From: Candidatus Calescibacterium sp.
GTDB taxonomy: Bacteria > Calescibacteriota > Calescibacteriia > Calescibacteriales > Calescibacteriaceae
DNA: 64,000 nt
Assembly (NCBI GenBank): GCA_032249135.1
Contig: JAVVGL010000008.1
Coordinates: 3,211 to 67,210, forward strand
Direction of reading: 5' to 3'
In this document: positions 16,557 to 26,217 of the stretch, piece after piece
Position numbering within the stretch: position 1 is the first letter of the stretch
Layout of the letters: each line of letters starts with the position of its first letter
Notes under the pieces: model-generated
The model's input: only the letters and a program-made list of their open reading frames with translations
Database searches by the model: none
Told to the model about the DNA's origin: nothing
Translations under genes and position numbers: made by a program

Positions 16557-19500
16557 ATGGATAAGAAAGAAAAATTCCCTATATCAATAGTATTCTTATG
16601 GATATTAACTGCTATTGCAGTTGGTTTAGCTCTAATTTCACTTATAGGTCTTATAATATCAAAAAATCAAAAGGTGAAAAAATCTTTTTTGAACACTATA
16701 AAAAATAAAACTGGAATTGAAATCCAAGATATAAAAATAAGTTTGTTCCCTCTAACCTATATAGCTGATTTGGAGATAAAACAAGCTAAATTTGGAAATT
16801 TACATATAAACCAAATCTCAATTTCTCTTCCCAAAAAAATCGTATTGAAAAAATTAAAATTGGGAAATGACTTTATATCAGAAGAAATAAAAATAAATGG
16901 GAACAAAATAGAGTTAAATAACTCAAAGCTGATTATAAAATCATCAGAAAAAAGCGAAATACCTGACTTGAAAATTCTGTGTGAAATAAAGGAAAAAATT
17001 TCTCAATCAAAAATATGGGATATATTTTTATTTTCCCAAAGTTTCATAGGATTTAACATCACTGCAAAAAACTTAGAGGTAATTGAGAAGAATTTTAAGG
17101 CGAATATACAAAAAATTTCGGCTAATGTGGAACAAGCAACAATAAATGGAGAAGCGAAGGGTAAAATATCTATTTCAAATTTAGGACTGATAGAAAAAGA
17201 AAAAAAAAGAGAAAATGAAATTATCGATGCCAATCTTAAATTCTTTTCATATATAGAAAGCTTTGGAGGTGGAGGTGAGATAATTTTTAAATCAGAAACT
17301 CTTGCCGGCTCAACTGATTTCTCATTTTTCCTGTGCAAAGAAGCAGAACTTGAATTCAAATCAAAATCTGATATTTCATTCGGTATATCAAGCCAGGATA
17401 TTGAATTAGATGGGAATATTCTGGCAAAATTAGAAGGAAAGCTCAAAGACAAAAAAATTTCTTTTGATATATCTTTTAATGTACAATCTGAAAATTTAAA
17501 AATTTATCAGGAAAATATCGGTGAGGTATTTATTTCAGGAGAAGCTCATATCCGTGAAGATAAAATATATGGCAGCGGTGAGCTGAAAGCTGATGCAATA
17601 GAAAAACTTGAATTCTCTTCCGAATACTCCCCCAAAGATAAAAAAGGGAATATAAACTTTTTCTCATCTATTGACCTTTCAGAATCAAAAATTCTGAAAA
17701 AGTCAGATGGAAAAATAAAGTTATCAGGTAAAATTGGATTTCCCTATATAAAAGGGAAACTTGATTTTGACGTAAAACATAGCGAGATAGAAAACATATT
17801 CAAAATTCAAAGGACACTCGGAAACATAGATATAGAAAACGGGATACTGAAAATAAGTGCGGTCGCATATAATGAAGAAAGCAAGTTTATAATAAAAGGG
17901 GATTTTAATCCAAAAAATCTTGAAGCGTCAGCGAAAATTGAAGTCGCAAAATCTAAACTCTCAGACCTACTGAAAACAATAAATGTTGATGTTCCGTTTG
18001 ACGGTTATGTTAAGTCAGATAACCTAAAATTCAATTTATATAAAAACACAATAAAATTAAATGGAATCGCATATGCAAAAAACTTTGAAATAATATCAGA
18101 AAAAATAAAATGCGCAAATGCAAATATCAAAACAGAAGTAGATTTTGAAGGAAACTATAATGTAAAGATAGAAGGAGTAGGTTTTGATGGAGTAATAATT
18201 TGCCCAGAGTATTATTCAGACTTTGAAAACAGTGAATTAAGCAAAGCATCAAAATTTTTCTTTGACGCAACCATAAATCAGAAAACTATAGATGTTTCAT
18301 TAGAAGGATTATACAACCTTGAAGACATAGATATAACACCTTTTAAGATGAGAGGTAAAGCTGAATTCAAAGGCAAAGTAATAAGCGACCACAAAAATAT
18401 TGAAAGTTCAATAGATATGAAATCAGAAGATTTTCAAATAGAAGATTATGCTGTAAGTTCATCTTGTGTCATCGGAAAAATTGAATACAAAGAAAATAAA
18501 GTTTTTATATCTGGACAAACTTGTGAAAATTTTCTTTTTGACATAGCTTATAATCCCAAAAAAGAAGAAATTTTTGGAGAAATAAAAAAGGGTGAAACAG
18601 AAATAAAGTTTTTGGGAGATCAAATTCAAGCAAAAGGTGAGATAAAAACTCTGTCGGAAATAGTCCCACTCCTTTATGGAAATGAAGGTTCATTTTTTGC
18701 AAATTACAAAATAAAGGAAAAAAAAGGAGATATTTCTTTATCATCTCCAAAATTCTTGATAGGTAATTTTATTTTGACTGACCTGAAAGCTTCATCACAA
18801 ATAAAAGGAAATATTTTAGATTTTAAAGCGAACGCAAAATATCTTGAAGAAGAACTTGAAACAGAAGGAAAATATAACTTGAAAAACAAAGATATAGATT
18901 TGAAGATTAATTTGAAAGGATTTGCTGGTATTCCACTAAAAGGAGATATAAAAGTAGCAGGGAACATATTATCTCCGTATGTCAGCGGGAACTTAACAAT
19001 AGAAAATGTTGATCTGACAGAAAAAACGCTTGCAAAAATCAGAAGTTATCTAAAATACGGAGGTGAATCAAGTGAAAAATTTGATAGAAAAGAAGAAGAA
19101 CAGGAAAGAGAATCAAATGAAGAAAAAAAACAGGGAACAATAAATTTAGTTTTGAATATGAAAAACGTTTCTCTAAAATATGATATAATATCCACGAATT
19201 TATCTGGTAGAATTCATGTTTACGGCAATTTGGACTCACCAAAGGTAAGCGGCATATTAGAGATAAAAGATGGGTCGGTTCCAATCGCAGAGGTTGAGTT
19301 CAAACAGATAAGAGGAATGGGGATAATAGAAGGAGAAAAAGTTTTCCTGAACATACAAGGACAGGCAGAAGTTATAACTTTTGAAAACGAAAAATATCAG
19401 ATAAACATAAGAATGATAGGAAATTTAGATTCTCTGAACTTTCACCTAACATCAAAGCCAAGTCTCCCTCAAAATGATATAATGTGTATCCTGGTTCTAC

Positions 19501-19847
19501 TGAGAAAATGTAAATCTGTTGAAGATTACAAAGGAGTTCTTGAAGTAGCAGTATATAGAGGACTATATTTAATTTCAAAAAAACTTGAAGAAAACATAGG
19601 AATAGCAAGCACTAACGCAAGACCATTTTTTAAACCAACTGAATTCGGAATCATGGGTAAAGCATACGGACTTAACTTCACTTTCTCACAAAACATCTTT
19701 GAAGGAGTGAATAAATTTTCTCTCTCCCGCGAAATATCAGATAATATCTTTACGACTTTGAGTTGGGATAACAAAAAATACGGATACTCCCTTCTTGGAA
19801 ATGTGGGAAATCTCGGTCTTGATGTAAAAACAATTAGAAGGTTCTGA
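16557..19847 (+). CDS. TamB/AsmA-like translocation-and-assembly-module protein (putative)
   Basis: 1096 aa with a single N-terminal TM anchor and a long region of beta-strand-like periodicity. The C-terminus ends in an aromatic residue (...LGLDVKTIRRF). The assignment rests on architecture only. Confidence 0.45.
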   Translation: MDKKEKFPISIVFLWILTAIAVGLALISLIGLIISKNQKVKKSFLNTIKNKTGIEIQDIKISLFPLTYIADLEIKQAKFGNLHINQISISLPKKIVLKKLKLGNDFISEEIKINGNKIELNNSKLIIKSSEKSEIPDLKILCEIKEKISQSKIWDIFLFSQSFIGFNITAKNLEVIEKNFKANIQKISANVEQATINGEAKGKISISNLGLIEKEKKRENEIIDANLKFFSYIESFGGGGEIIFKSETLAGSTDFSFFLCKEAELEFKSKSDISFGISSQDIELDGNILAKLEGKLKDKKISFDISFNVQSENLKIYQENIGEVFISGEAHIREDKIYGSGELKADAIEKLEFSSEYSPKDKKGNINFFSSIDLSESKILKKSDGKIKLSGKIGFPYIKGKLDFDVKHSEIENIFKIQRTLGNIDIENGILKISAVAYNEESKFIIKGDFNPKNLEASAKIEVAKSKLSDLLKTINVDVPFDGYVKSDNLKFNLYKNTIKLNGIAYAKNFEIISEKIKCANANIKTEVDFEGNYNVKIEGVGFDGVIICPEYYSDFENSELSKASKFFFDATINQKTIDVSLEGLYNLEDIDITPFKMRGKAEFKGKVISDHKNIESSIDMKSEDFQIEDYAVSSSCVIGKIEYKENKVFISGQTCENFLFDIAYNPKKEEIFGEIKKGETEIKFLGDQIQAKGEIKTLSEIVPLLYGNEGSFFANYKIKEKKGDISLSSPKFLIGNFILTDLKASSQIKGNILDFKANAKYLEEELETEGKYNLKNKDIDLKINLKGFAGIPLKGDIKVAGNILSPYVSGNLTIENVDLTEKTLAKIRSYLKYGGESSEKFDRKEEEQERESNEEKKQGTINLVLNMKNVSLKYDIISTNLSGRIHVYGNLDSPKVSGILEIKDGSVPIAEVEFKQIRGMGIIEGEKVFLNIQGQAEVITFENEKYQINIRMIGNLDSLNFHLTSKPSLPQNDIMCILVLLRKCKSVEDYKGVLEVAVYRGLYLISKKLEENIGIASTNARPFFKPTEFGIMGKAYGLNFTFSQNIFEGVNKFSLSREISDNIFTTLSWDNKKYGYSLLGNVGNLGLDVKTIRRF

Positions 19848-19867
19848 AAGAAAAATGGTAAGAAAAT

Positions 19868-20986
19868 ATGGTAAGCATAATAACTATATCTAACTCAAGA
19901 GAAAAGCTATTGAAAACAGCACAAGGAGTTATAAGAGAATGTAAAAACTTCAATAGTGAATGGGAATATATAATCGTTGAATGTCAAAAAGAAAATAGTG
20001 ATAGGAATTACATATCAGAAACAGATGCAAAAACAGAAGCAGATGAACTTGAAAATGAAATAAAAAAAATAAAGGAAGAACTTGAAAATAAAAACCAAAT
20101 AAGACATATAAAAGTAGAAAAGTGTGGATTTTCTTATCAGAGAAACATAGGAGTAAGAGAATCAAAACACAAAATTTTGGTATTTGTGGATGATGGTATG
20201 GATATACCGGAAGGTTGGTTAAAAAAACTAATATCTCCTATAATTTCAGGTGAAGCAGATGCAGTTCTTGGCGGAGTATTACCTAAATTAGAAAAGGGTA
20301 AGACAAAAGAGAATATATTAGCTTTGTGCCAGAGCATTCTGGGTTTTCCAGGTGGAGGTCTAAAATATTATGCGTTGGGTACGCGACCGATAGACTCGTT
20401 CTCAACTCCAAATTTAGCAATAAGAAAAGACCTCGTAGAGCTCGCTGGTGGATTTGACGAAAAACTCATATTTGGAGCAGAAGACTCTGATTTAGCGATA
20501 AGAATAAAAAGTAAATTCCCAAATTCAAAGTTTCTTTATAAAAAAGAAGCTTATGTTATAGCAGAACCAAGAAAAAATTTAAAAGAAATAACAAGATGGT
20601 TTATAAGAAGAGGTAAAGCATTAGCAACACTAAAAATAAAATATTCCAACGGCAAAACGAAAATAAAAGATTTATTAAGTAGAGAACTTATTCTCCCAAA
20701 AATCTTTATATCATCTTCTATACCTTTGATTTTTCCTTTATTCTCCTTTTCTTATGTGGCCAAGGTGGAAAAAACTCTTTTTTTGGTAAAAAATAAACTA
20801 AAAAATGAAGATATTATACCAAAAGAGTATTCTTTAATTTTGCCAATTGCTCTCCCCATATTTAAGTTTTTAGCTGATATGTGTTTTTCTATTGGGTTTT
20901 ACATTGCTTATTTTTCAGCGGGAAAGAAAATCACGTTATGGAAACGAAAAAATATGAAAAATGCAAAATTTCTTATGAAAGGATAA
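19868..20986 (+). CDS. Family 2 glycosyltransferase with C-terminal membrane segments
   Basis: ILVFVDDGMDIP (DxD-type) and FGAEDSDLAIR motifs; hydrophobic C-terminal third. Confidence 0.6.
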   Translation: MVSIITISNSREKLLKTAQGVIRECKNFNSEWEYIIVECQKENSDRNYISETDAKTEADELENEIKKIKEELENKNQIRHIKVEKCGFSYQRNIGVRESKHKILVFVDDGMDIPEGWLKKLISPIISGEADAVLGGVLPKLEKGKTKENILALCQSILGFPGGGLKYYALGTRPIDSFSTPNLAIRKDLVELAGGFDEKLIFGAEDSDLAIRIKSKFPNSKFLYKKEAYVIAEPRKNLKEITRWFIRRGKALATLKIKYSNGKTKIKDLLSRELILPKIFISSSIPLIFPLFSFSYVAKVEKTLFLVKNKLKNEDIIPKEYSLILPIALPIFKFLADMCFSIGFYIAYFSAGKKITLWKRKNMKNAKFLMKG

Positions 20987-20999
20987 AGATATAAAACTT

Positions 21000-21488
21000 A
21001 TGATACCGAAAAAGAGCAAAGAATGGAAAAGGAAAAAATTTGAGGAGCTAAAACAAATGAAGGCAAAATATAATTTTTTCATTTTTTTCAATTTTACAGA
21101 CCTTGATGTACCAGCAATAACCGAAATAAGAGATAAAATGAAGGAAATAGGGAATGAAGTGAAAATATCAAAAAATGCGTTCATAGAAAAGATACTTGGG
21201 GTGAGATTTGAAGATCCGACAGCAGTTGTTGGAATAAAAGATGACCCAATAAAAACTGTAAAAATCCTTTCAAAACTTATAGAAAAGAAAATAAAAGGAG
21301 CACTAATTGATGGTAGATTTATTGATAGAGAAGAGACAATAAAATTAAAGAACCTCCCAGATACACCCGAATTAAGAGGAATGGTTATAGGCTCACTTAT
21401 ATCTTTGCTTCACAGATTAATTACTTCTCTTTCATGGTATCCTTCTTCTCTGATTAGTATATTAAAGCAAAAAAGTGAAAAAGGGTAA
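21000..21488 (+). CDS. rplJ: Ribosomal protein uL10-like
   Basis: Pattern KRKKFEELKQ...FFIFFNFTDLDVPAITEIRDKMKEIGNEVKISKNAFIEKIL and later LKNLPDTPELRGMVIGSL follow the L10 consensus (..d..Gl.v....eLR......g....V.KN.l......LPs.eel...l.g.l). Confidence 0.6.
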   Translation: MIPKKSKEWKRKKFEELKQMKAKYNFFIFFNFTDLDVPAITEIRDKMKEIGNEVKISKNAFIEKILGVRFEDPTAVVGIKDDPIKTVKILSKLIEKKIKGALIDGRFIDREETIKLKNLPDTPELRGMVIGSLISLLHRLITSLSWYPSSLISILKQKSEKG

Positions 21489-21537
21489 AAAATAGAAGAA
21501 GTGATAAATAAAAAACGGGAAAGGAGGTAGAGTAAAT

Positions 21538-22143
21538 ATGCAACAGAGGGAAGATCTGATGGAAAAGGTAAAGGAGTTAAAAGAGATAACGGGGGCAGGA
21601 TTTGCTGATTGTAGGAAAGCTCTCGCCGAAGCCAATGGAGATATTGAGAAAGCAATCGAAATACTTAGAAAAAGGGGGTTAGCAAAGGCAGAAAAAAAAC
21701 TGGCTCGCCAGGCAAAAGAAGGAATAGTTGATGCATACATACACATAGGTGGAAGAATAGGGGTTCTCGTTGAAGTCAACTGTGAAACGGATTTTGTTGC
21801 AAGAAATGAAGAATTCAAAAAATTTGTTCATGAAATAGCTATGCAAATAGCGGCTATGTCTCCGCGATGGATAAAAAGGGAGGATGTCCCAGAAGAAATA
21901 GTGAAGAGAGAGTTTGAAATATATTTTGAGCAAAGTAAAGCCGAAGGAAAACCAGATCATATTGCAGAGAAAATAGCAAAGGGGAAGCTTGAGAAATTTT
22001 TCGAAGAAAACTGCCTCTATGAACAAATATGGATAAAAGATGGTAAAAGCAAAATAGAAGACCTCATAAAATCAATGATAGCAAAATTCGGTGAAAACAT
22101 ATCGGTCAGGAGATTTGCAAGATTTGAGATAGGAAAAGAGTAA
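21538..22143 (+). CDS. tsf: Elongation factor Ts (short form)
   Basis: [37 protein letters not shown] and [24 protein letters not shown] lies 9 nt upstream of the ATG at 21538. Confidence 0.9.
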   Translation: MQQREDLMEKVKELKEITGAGFADCRKALAEANGDIEKAIEILRKRGLAKAEKKLARQAKEGIVDAYIHIGGRIGVLVEVNCETDFVARNEEFKKFVHEIAMQIAAMSPRWIKREDVPEEIVKREFEIYFEQSKAEGKPDHIAEKIAKGKLEKFFEENCLYEQIWIKDGKSKIEDLIKSMIAKFGENISVRRFARFEIGKE

Positions 22144-22150
22144 TTTCATT

Positions 22151-22759
22151 TTATTCACTCATATAAAGTCCATTCCTTTCTATATACATCAGAACTCCGT
22201 CTGGAACGAGATATTTTACTGATTTTCCTTCTTTTATAAGTTGCCTTATTCTTGACGATGAAACATCTATTATCTCCGCCTCTATTTTTACAAAATTTTT
22301 CAAATCAGGAAAATTATGAAATTCATCTTTATTTGGAATATATCTTGGAAACCACGCAACTTTAACTAAATTCAAAATTTCAGAACTATTCTTCCATGTA
22401 TGAATTTTTAAAGCTGAGTCTTCTCCAACAAGAAGGAAATATTCATCCGCAGAAATATTTTCACGGAAGAATTTTATTGTATCTATTGTATATGATATTC
22501 CACCTCTTTCTATTTCGCATGTTGATATAGTAAAATCAGGATGAGGCAAAAGTGCGATACGAAGCATATTTAATCTATGTTCAGCAGAAGCAACTGGAAT
22601 TTTTTTATGAGGTGGAATATTTGCGGGAACAAAGAAGACTCTGTCAAGTCCCAATTGTTCAACTGCTCTTCTTGCCATAATAAGATGTCCAATATGAGGA
22701 GGATCAAATGTTCCTCCAAATATTCCTATTTTTCTCAAAATCATAAACGGGGTGATCAA
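22151..22759 (-). CDS. nadD: Nicotinate-nucleotide adenylyltransferase
   Basis: GIFGGTFDPPHIGH nucleotidyltransferase motif and C-terminal ISSSRIR. Confidence 0.85.
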   Translation of the reverse strand: MITPFMILRKIGIFGGTFDPPHIGHLIMARRAVEQLGLDRVFFVPANIPPHKKIPVASAEHRLNMLRIALLPHPDFTISTCEIERGGISYTIDTIKFFRENISADEYFLLVGEDSALKIHTWKNSSEILNLVKVAWFPRYIPNKDEFHNFPDLKNFVKIEAEIIDVSSSRIRQLIKEGKSVKYLVPDGVLMYIERNGLYMSE

Positions 22760-22938
22760 ATAGTAATAAAAGTTTCTATTTATCGGAAAATCAAAAGATA
22801 AATATTAAGATAAGAGCCAAGGCGAAAAAATAATCCTAAAAACTTTTGGTAATCGCTCATTTTATACATTTTCCCAAAAAAATGTAAAATTCAGTATTAA
22901 TGATCTAATTTTGTAAGTTTCTGAAGTTTTGGTAAGAA

Positions 22939-23784
22939 ATGAAAGATAAAATTTGGGGCAAGATTTGGAATTTTGTTTTGCTTGCGAGACCTTTTCAGTG
23001 GCAAAAAAATATTTTTGTTTTTGCTCCCGTTTTCTTTTCTTTTTCTTTTGAAATACAAAAGCTCATAAAAGTTTTTTGGGCATTCTTATCTTTTGTATTG
23101 GTTTCATCTTCCGTTTACTCTATAAACGATATAATTGATCTTGAAAAAGATAGGGCTCACCCTATAAAAAGTAAAAGACCGGTAGCTTCCCAGAAAATAT
23201 CTAAAAACGAAGCTTTAACTTTTGCTCTGTTACTATTTATCATTTCTCTGATAATAGGTTATGTCTCTCATACGCTTTCTATCATAGTTGCTTATTTCCT
23301 TTTGAACATTTTATATTCGCTCTTTTTTAAGGGAATAGAACCTCTTGGTATTTTTTCTGTTGCTTTTGGTTTTGTTTTGAGGGTTTTTGCTGGTGGTTTA
23401 GCAGCTAAAATAACTCCTTCAAGTTGGCTTACAACCTCCACATTCTTCATCTCTCTTTTCATTTCTTCTATGAAGCGTGAAGCGGAGGAAAAAGAACATT
23501 CAAAAATCTATGAACATATAGGGGTTATTTCCGCAACTTTAACAATAATTTTTTACACCTTATACATAATTTTTGAAAGAAGAAGTTTTTTCCTTCTTAT
23601 CTCAATAATCCCAGTTATGTTCGGTATAATAAGATACTATATAATATCTGAGGAACAAAAAGGAAAAGACCCTTCTTTACTCATAGTAGATCCACAAATA
23701 TTGATTGCTGCCTTTATATGGGGTGTGATGTTCGTATTGGATAGTATTTTCCCTGATCTGAGAACTATTGATTTTTCAAGATAA
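22939..23784 (+). CDS. UbiA-family prenyltransferase, decaprenyl-phosphate phosphoribosyltransferase (DPPRT)-like
   Basis: N-terminal ARPFQWQKNIFVF, NDIIDLEKDRAHPIKSKRPVASQKIS, and multiple TM helices. Confidence 0.6.
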   Translation: MKDKIWGKIWNFVLLARPFQWQKNIFVFAPVFFSFSFEIQKLIKVFWAFLSFVLVSSSVYSINDIIDLEKDRAHPIKSKRPVASQKISKNEALTFALLLFIISLIIGYVSHTLSIIVAYFLLNILYSLFFKGIEPLGIFSVAFGFVLRVFAGGLAAKITPSSWLTTSTFFISLFISSMKREAEEKEHSKIYEHIGVISATLTIIFYTLYIIFERRSFFLLISIIPVMFGIIRYYIISEEQKGKDPSLLIVDPQILIAAFIWGVMFVLDSIFPDLRTIDFSR

Positions 23785-25110
23785 TACCACCGGCTTTTCT
23801 AATTTTTCTGGGAAATTTTCATTTTCCTTATACTTTCTTAATTTTTCTGCTGCTGCAAGGGTTCCAAGTAAAAGCCAGAACATCTCAGCTGTTTGTAAAA
23901 TAATGAATGTATTGGCACCCAACATATGAACTAGTATCCCAACAAACCATCCAATTATTCCTACTGATAAAGCTTCAATATTTTTATCCTCGTAATTTAA
24001 TTTCGTATTCATTTTCAAAAACTTCCAAATTGTGTATAGAAGATAAATAAAAACTATAAGTCCCAAAGTTCCTGTTTCACCCCAAACTCTGAAAAATTGG
24101 TTATCCATCAAGCCAACTCCTAATATTCCAAATCCAAAAATCGGGCTTTGTGGGAGCTGACCGGTTATAAACCATTCCCATCTTTTCAATCTTACAAAAA
24201 CAGATGATTCAACATATATATCTCCTAATATCTCCCCCCCTCCCTCACCTACAAATGTGTATCTCATTCTCTCTATGACATAATCTGGAACTATAAACGG
24301 AAATACTGCTACAAGTATGAGCGAGATAATGAAAATATCTTTCCTTCTCATGAAGATTAGCAGGAAAATTAGCCATGTAACTCCGGCTATATATGATGCT
24401 CTTGAAAGGGTTCTGAAATAAACCAGACAGGCTGCTGCAAAGATGATTGGGAATAAAAATTTTTTTAATCCTTTTGATTTGAGCATAAATGGTAATGCTA
24501 TTGCCATTATTCCAAGGTTGAATATTCCTACATTCTCTCTACCTCCAAATTTTTTGTGGAAAGGGAACATTATTACATTTCCTATTTTACCCTCTATTAT
24601 TATTTCTTTTAGCCAGTATATTAGAGCTAATGATACACCAAGGAAATAAGCTATTATAACATTTTTGATTTCTTTTTCACTTTTTAGCAGAGAATAGCTC
24701 ATTATAAAGTAAAGCCAGTATTGTATAAACTTTGCAAGAAAAAGAAGTTGAGCTTTCCATCTCCAAGGTGATAAATATAAAAAAGTTGAAATGGTGTATA
24801 TGAATGCAAAAAACAAAATTATTGCCGATATTTTTGCTCCATATCCTATCTTTGGAATGTAAAAACCTCTTATTCCCCACGAAACAAATGTGAGAACGAA
24901 AAAAATATCTTCAAACCTTAAAGTTATATCTCTTACACCTGTTTCTCCTACACTTATTGATGGGGAGATTGGAATAAGAAAACATATCAGATATATTCCA
25001 ATTGAAGGATTTTTCAGTATAAGTGGAGCAAATATTGCTGCTGTTACAACTATTGCTGGTAAGTAATCTTTAAGTATTTTCCCTATATTTACTTCACTTA
25101 CTTCCATCAA
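23776..25110 (-). CDS. O-antigen ligase/polymerase-like (Wzy_C) polytopic membrane protein
   Basis: More than 10 predicted TM helices and a central TLSRASYIAG block typical of O-antigen ligase-like proteins. Confidence 0.5.
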   Translation of the reverse strand: MMEVSEVNIGKILKDYLPAIVVTAAIFAPLILKNPSIGIYLICFLIPISPSISVGETGVRDITLRFEDIFFVLTFVSWGIRGFYIPKIGYGAKISAIILFFAFIYTISTFLYLSPWRWKAQLLFLAKFIQYWLYFIMSYSLLKSEKEIKNVIIAYFLGVSLALIYWLKEIIIEGKIGNVIMFPFHKKFGGRENVGIFNLGIMAIALPFMLKSKGLKKFLFPIIFAAACLVYFRTLSRASYIAGVTWLIFLLIFMRRKDIFIISLILVAVFPFIVPDYVIERMRYTFVGEGGGEILGDIYVESSVFVRLKRWEWFITGQLPQSPIFGFGILGVGLMDNQFFRVWGETGTLGLIVFIYLLYTIWKFLKMNTKLNYEDKNIEALSVGIIGWFVGILVHMLGANTFIILQTAEMFWLLLGTLAAAEKLRKYKENENFPEKLEKPVVLS

Positions 25111-25180
25111 AGATAAATTTACTTTTAATTTATTATTTTTTGAAAATTTTTAATTTCGGGATTACATTTTTCACTTGCGT

Positions 25181-25558
25181 ATGAGGAGAGCTTATTTTTA
25201 TATTTTTTTATTTTTCCTTTGGTTTTTCAGTGTGATTTACAACGCTTCTTTACCATCTCGTATTCCTGCTGGTTTAGGAAATTTAGATAAGATTATTCAT
25301 TTTATCTACTACATTCCTGGAGGATTTTTGGCTTTTATGTACATCAGAGCTTTCGGGCAAATTTCTTTGCTCGCTTCTTTTCTTTTAGCTCTTTCTGTAT
25401 CAATTACTGATGAATTTATTCAGTCTTTTATTCCTGGGAGACAGGCTGATTTCTTTGATATAGTTGCAGATGCTTTCGGAATCATTTTAGGAATTTACTT
25501 GGGAATTATAAGAGAGAAATCAAATCAAATCAGAGAAAAATTGAAGAGGGAAAATTGA
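25181..25558 (+). CDS. VanZ-like family membrane protein
   Basis: DKIIHFIYYIPGGFL and DEFIQSFIPGRQADFFDIVADAFGIILG motifs. ATG at 25181 is preferred over TTG at 25175. Confidence 0.65.
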   Translation: MRRAYFYIFLFFLWFFSVIYNASLPSRIPAGLGNLDKIIHFIYYIPGGFLAFMYIRAFGQISLLASFLLALSVSITDEFIQSFIPGRQADFFDIVADAFGIILGIYLGIIREKSNQIREKLKREN

Positions 25559-25680
25559 TTTGACGGAAAAAAAATTCCTAATTTCAGAGAATTTTTCTAT
25601 TTTTTGAAATCAAAATTTTTTGTTTTTTTTATTTTTCTTTCTGATTTTTTTATCATAAAAAAAAATTTTTTGGTTGTAGA

Positions 25681-25708
25681 ATAAATTCATAAAAATAAAT
25701 TCATAAAA
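25681..25708. repeat. Perfect tandem duplication of a 14-mer upstream of speH
   Basis: ataaattcataaaa occurs twice in tandem (25681-25694 and 25695-25708), about 60 nt upstream of the speH start. Confidence 0.5.
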
Positions 25709-25767
25709 CAGAAAATTATTTTTATTTTTAAAATTTTTATTTATGAGTTTTGGTTTAATAAAAAAAG

Positions 25768-26217
25768 ATGGAGGAGGTGAGGGGAAAAGTGGAAAGGAAG
25801 TTTCTGGGGACCCACATAATAGCGGAACTTTATGGGTGCGATCCAGCTTTGCTTGACGATGTTGAATTCATAACCTCTACCTTACTTGAATCCGCCGAAA
25901 AAACAAAAGTTACAGTCGTAGATTATGTTTCAAGAAAATTTGAACCACAGGGAGTATCCGTTGTCGTTATAATATCTGAATCTCACATAACAATACATAC
26001 GTGGCCAGAATTCAAATATGCAGCTTTAGATTTTTATACTTGCGGTGAGGAAGACCCTGAACCTGCTGTCAGAGAAATAGCTCAAAAGTTCAAAACAAAA
26101 GAATTGGTCTTGTTCCGAGCAGATAGAGGAAACATATCTAAAGTGAGGAAATTGATGAAAAGAAAGTTGAAAGGAGATGAACAAATTAGGACCGATGAAA
26201 TGCAAATTCTACTTTGA
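25768..26217 (+). CDS. speH: S-adenosylmethionine decarboxylase proenzyme (pyruvoyl, class 1)
   Basis: GTHIIAELYGC, PQGVSVVVIISESHITIHTWPE (E-S self-cleavage site) and ALDFYTCG. Confidence 0.85.
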   Translation: MEEVRGKVERKFLGTHIIAELYGCDPALLDDVEFITSTLLESAEKTKVTVVDYVSRKFEPQGVSVVVIISESHITIHTWPEFKYAALDFYTCGEEDPEPAVREIAQKFKTKELVLFRADRGNISKVRKLMKRKLKGDEQIRTDEMQILL

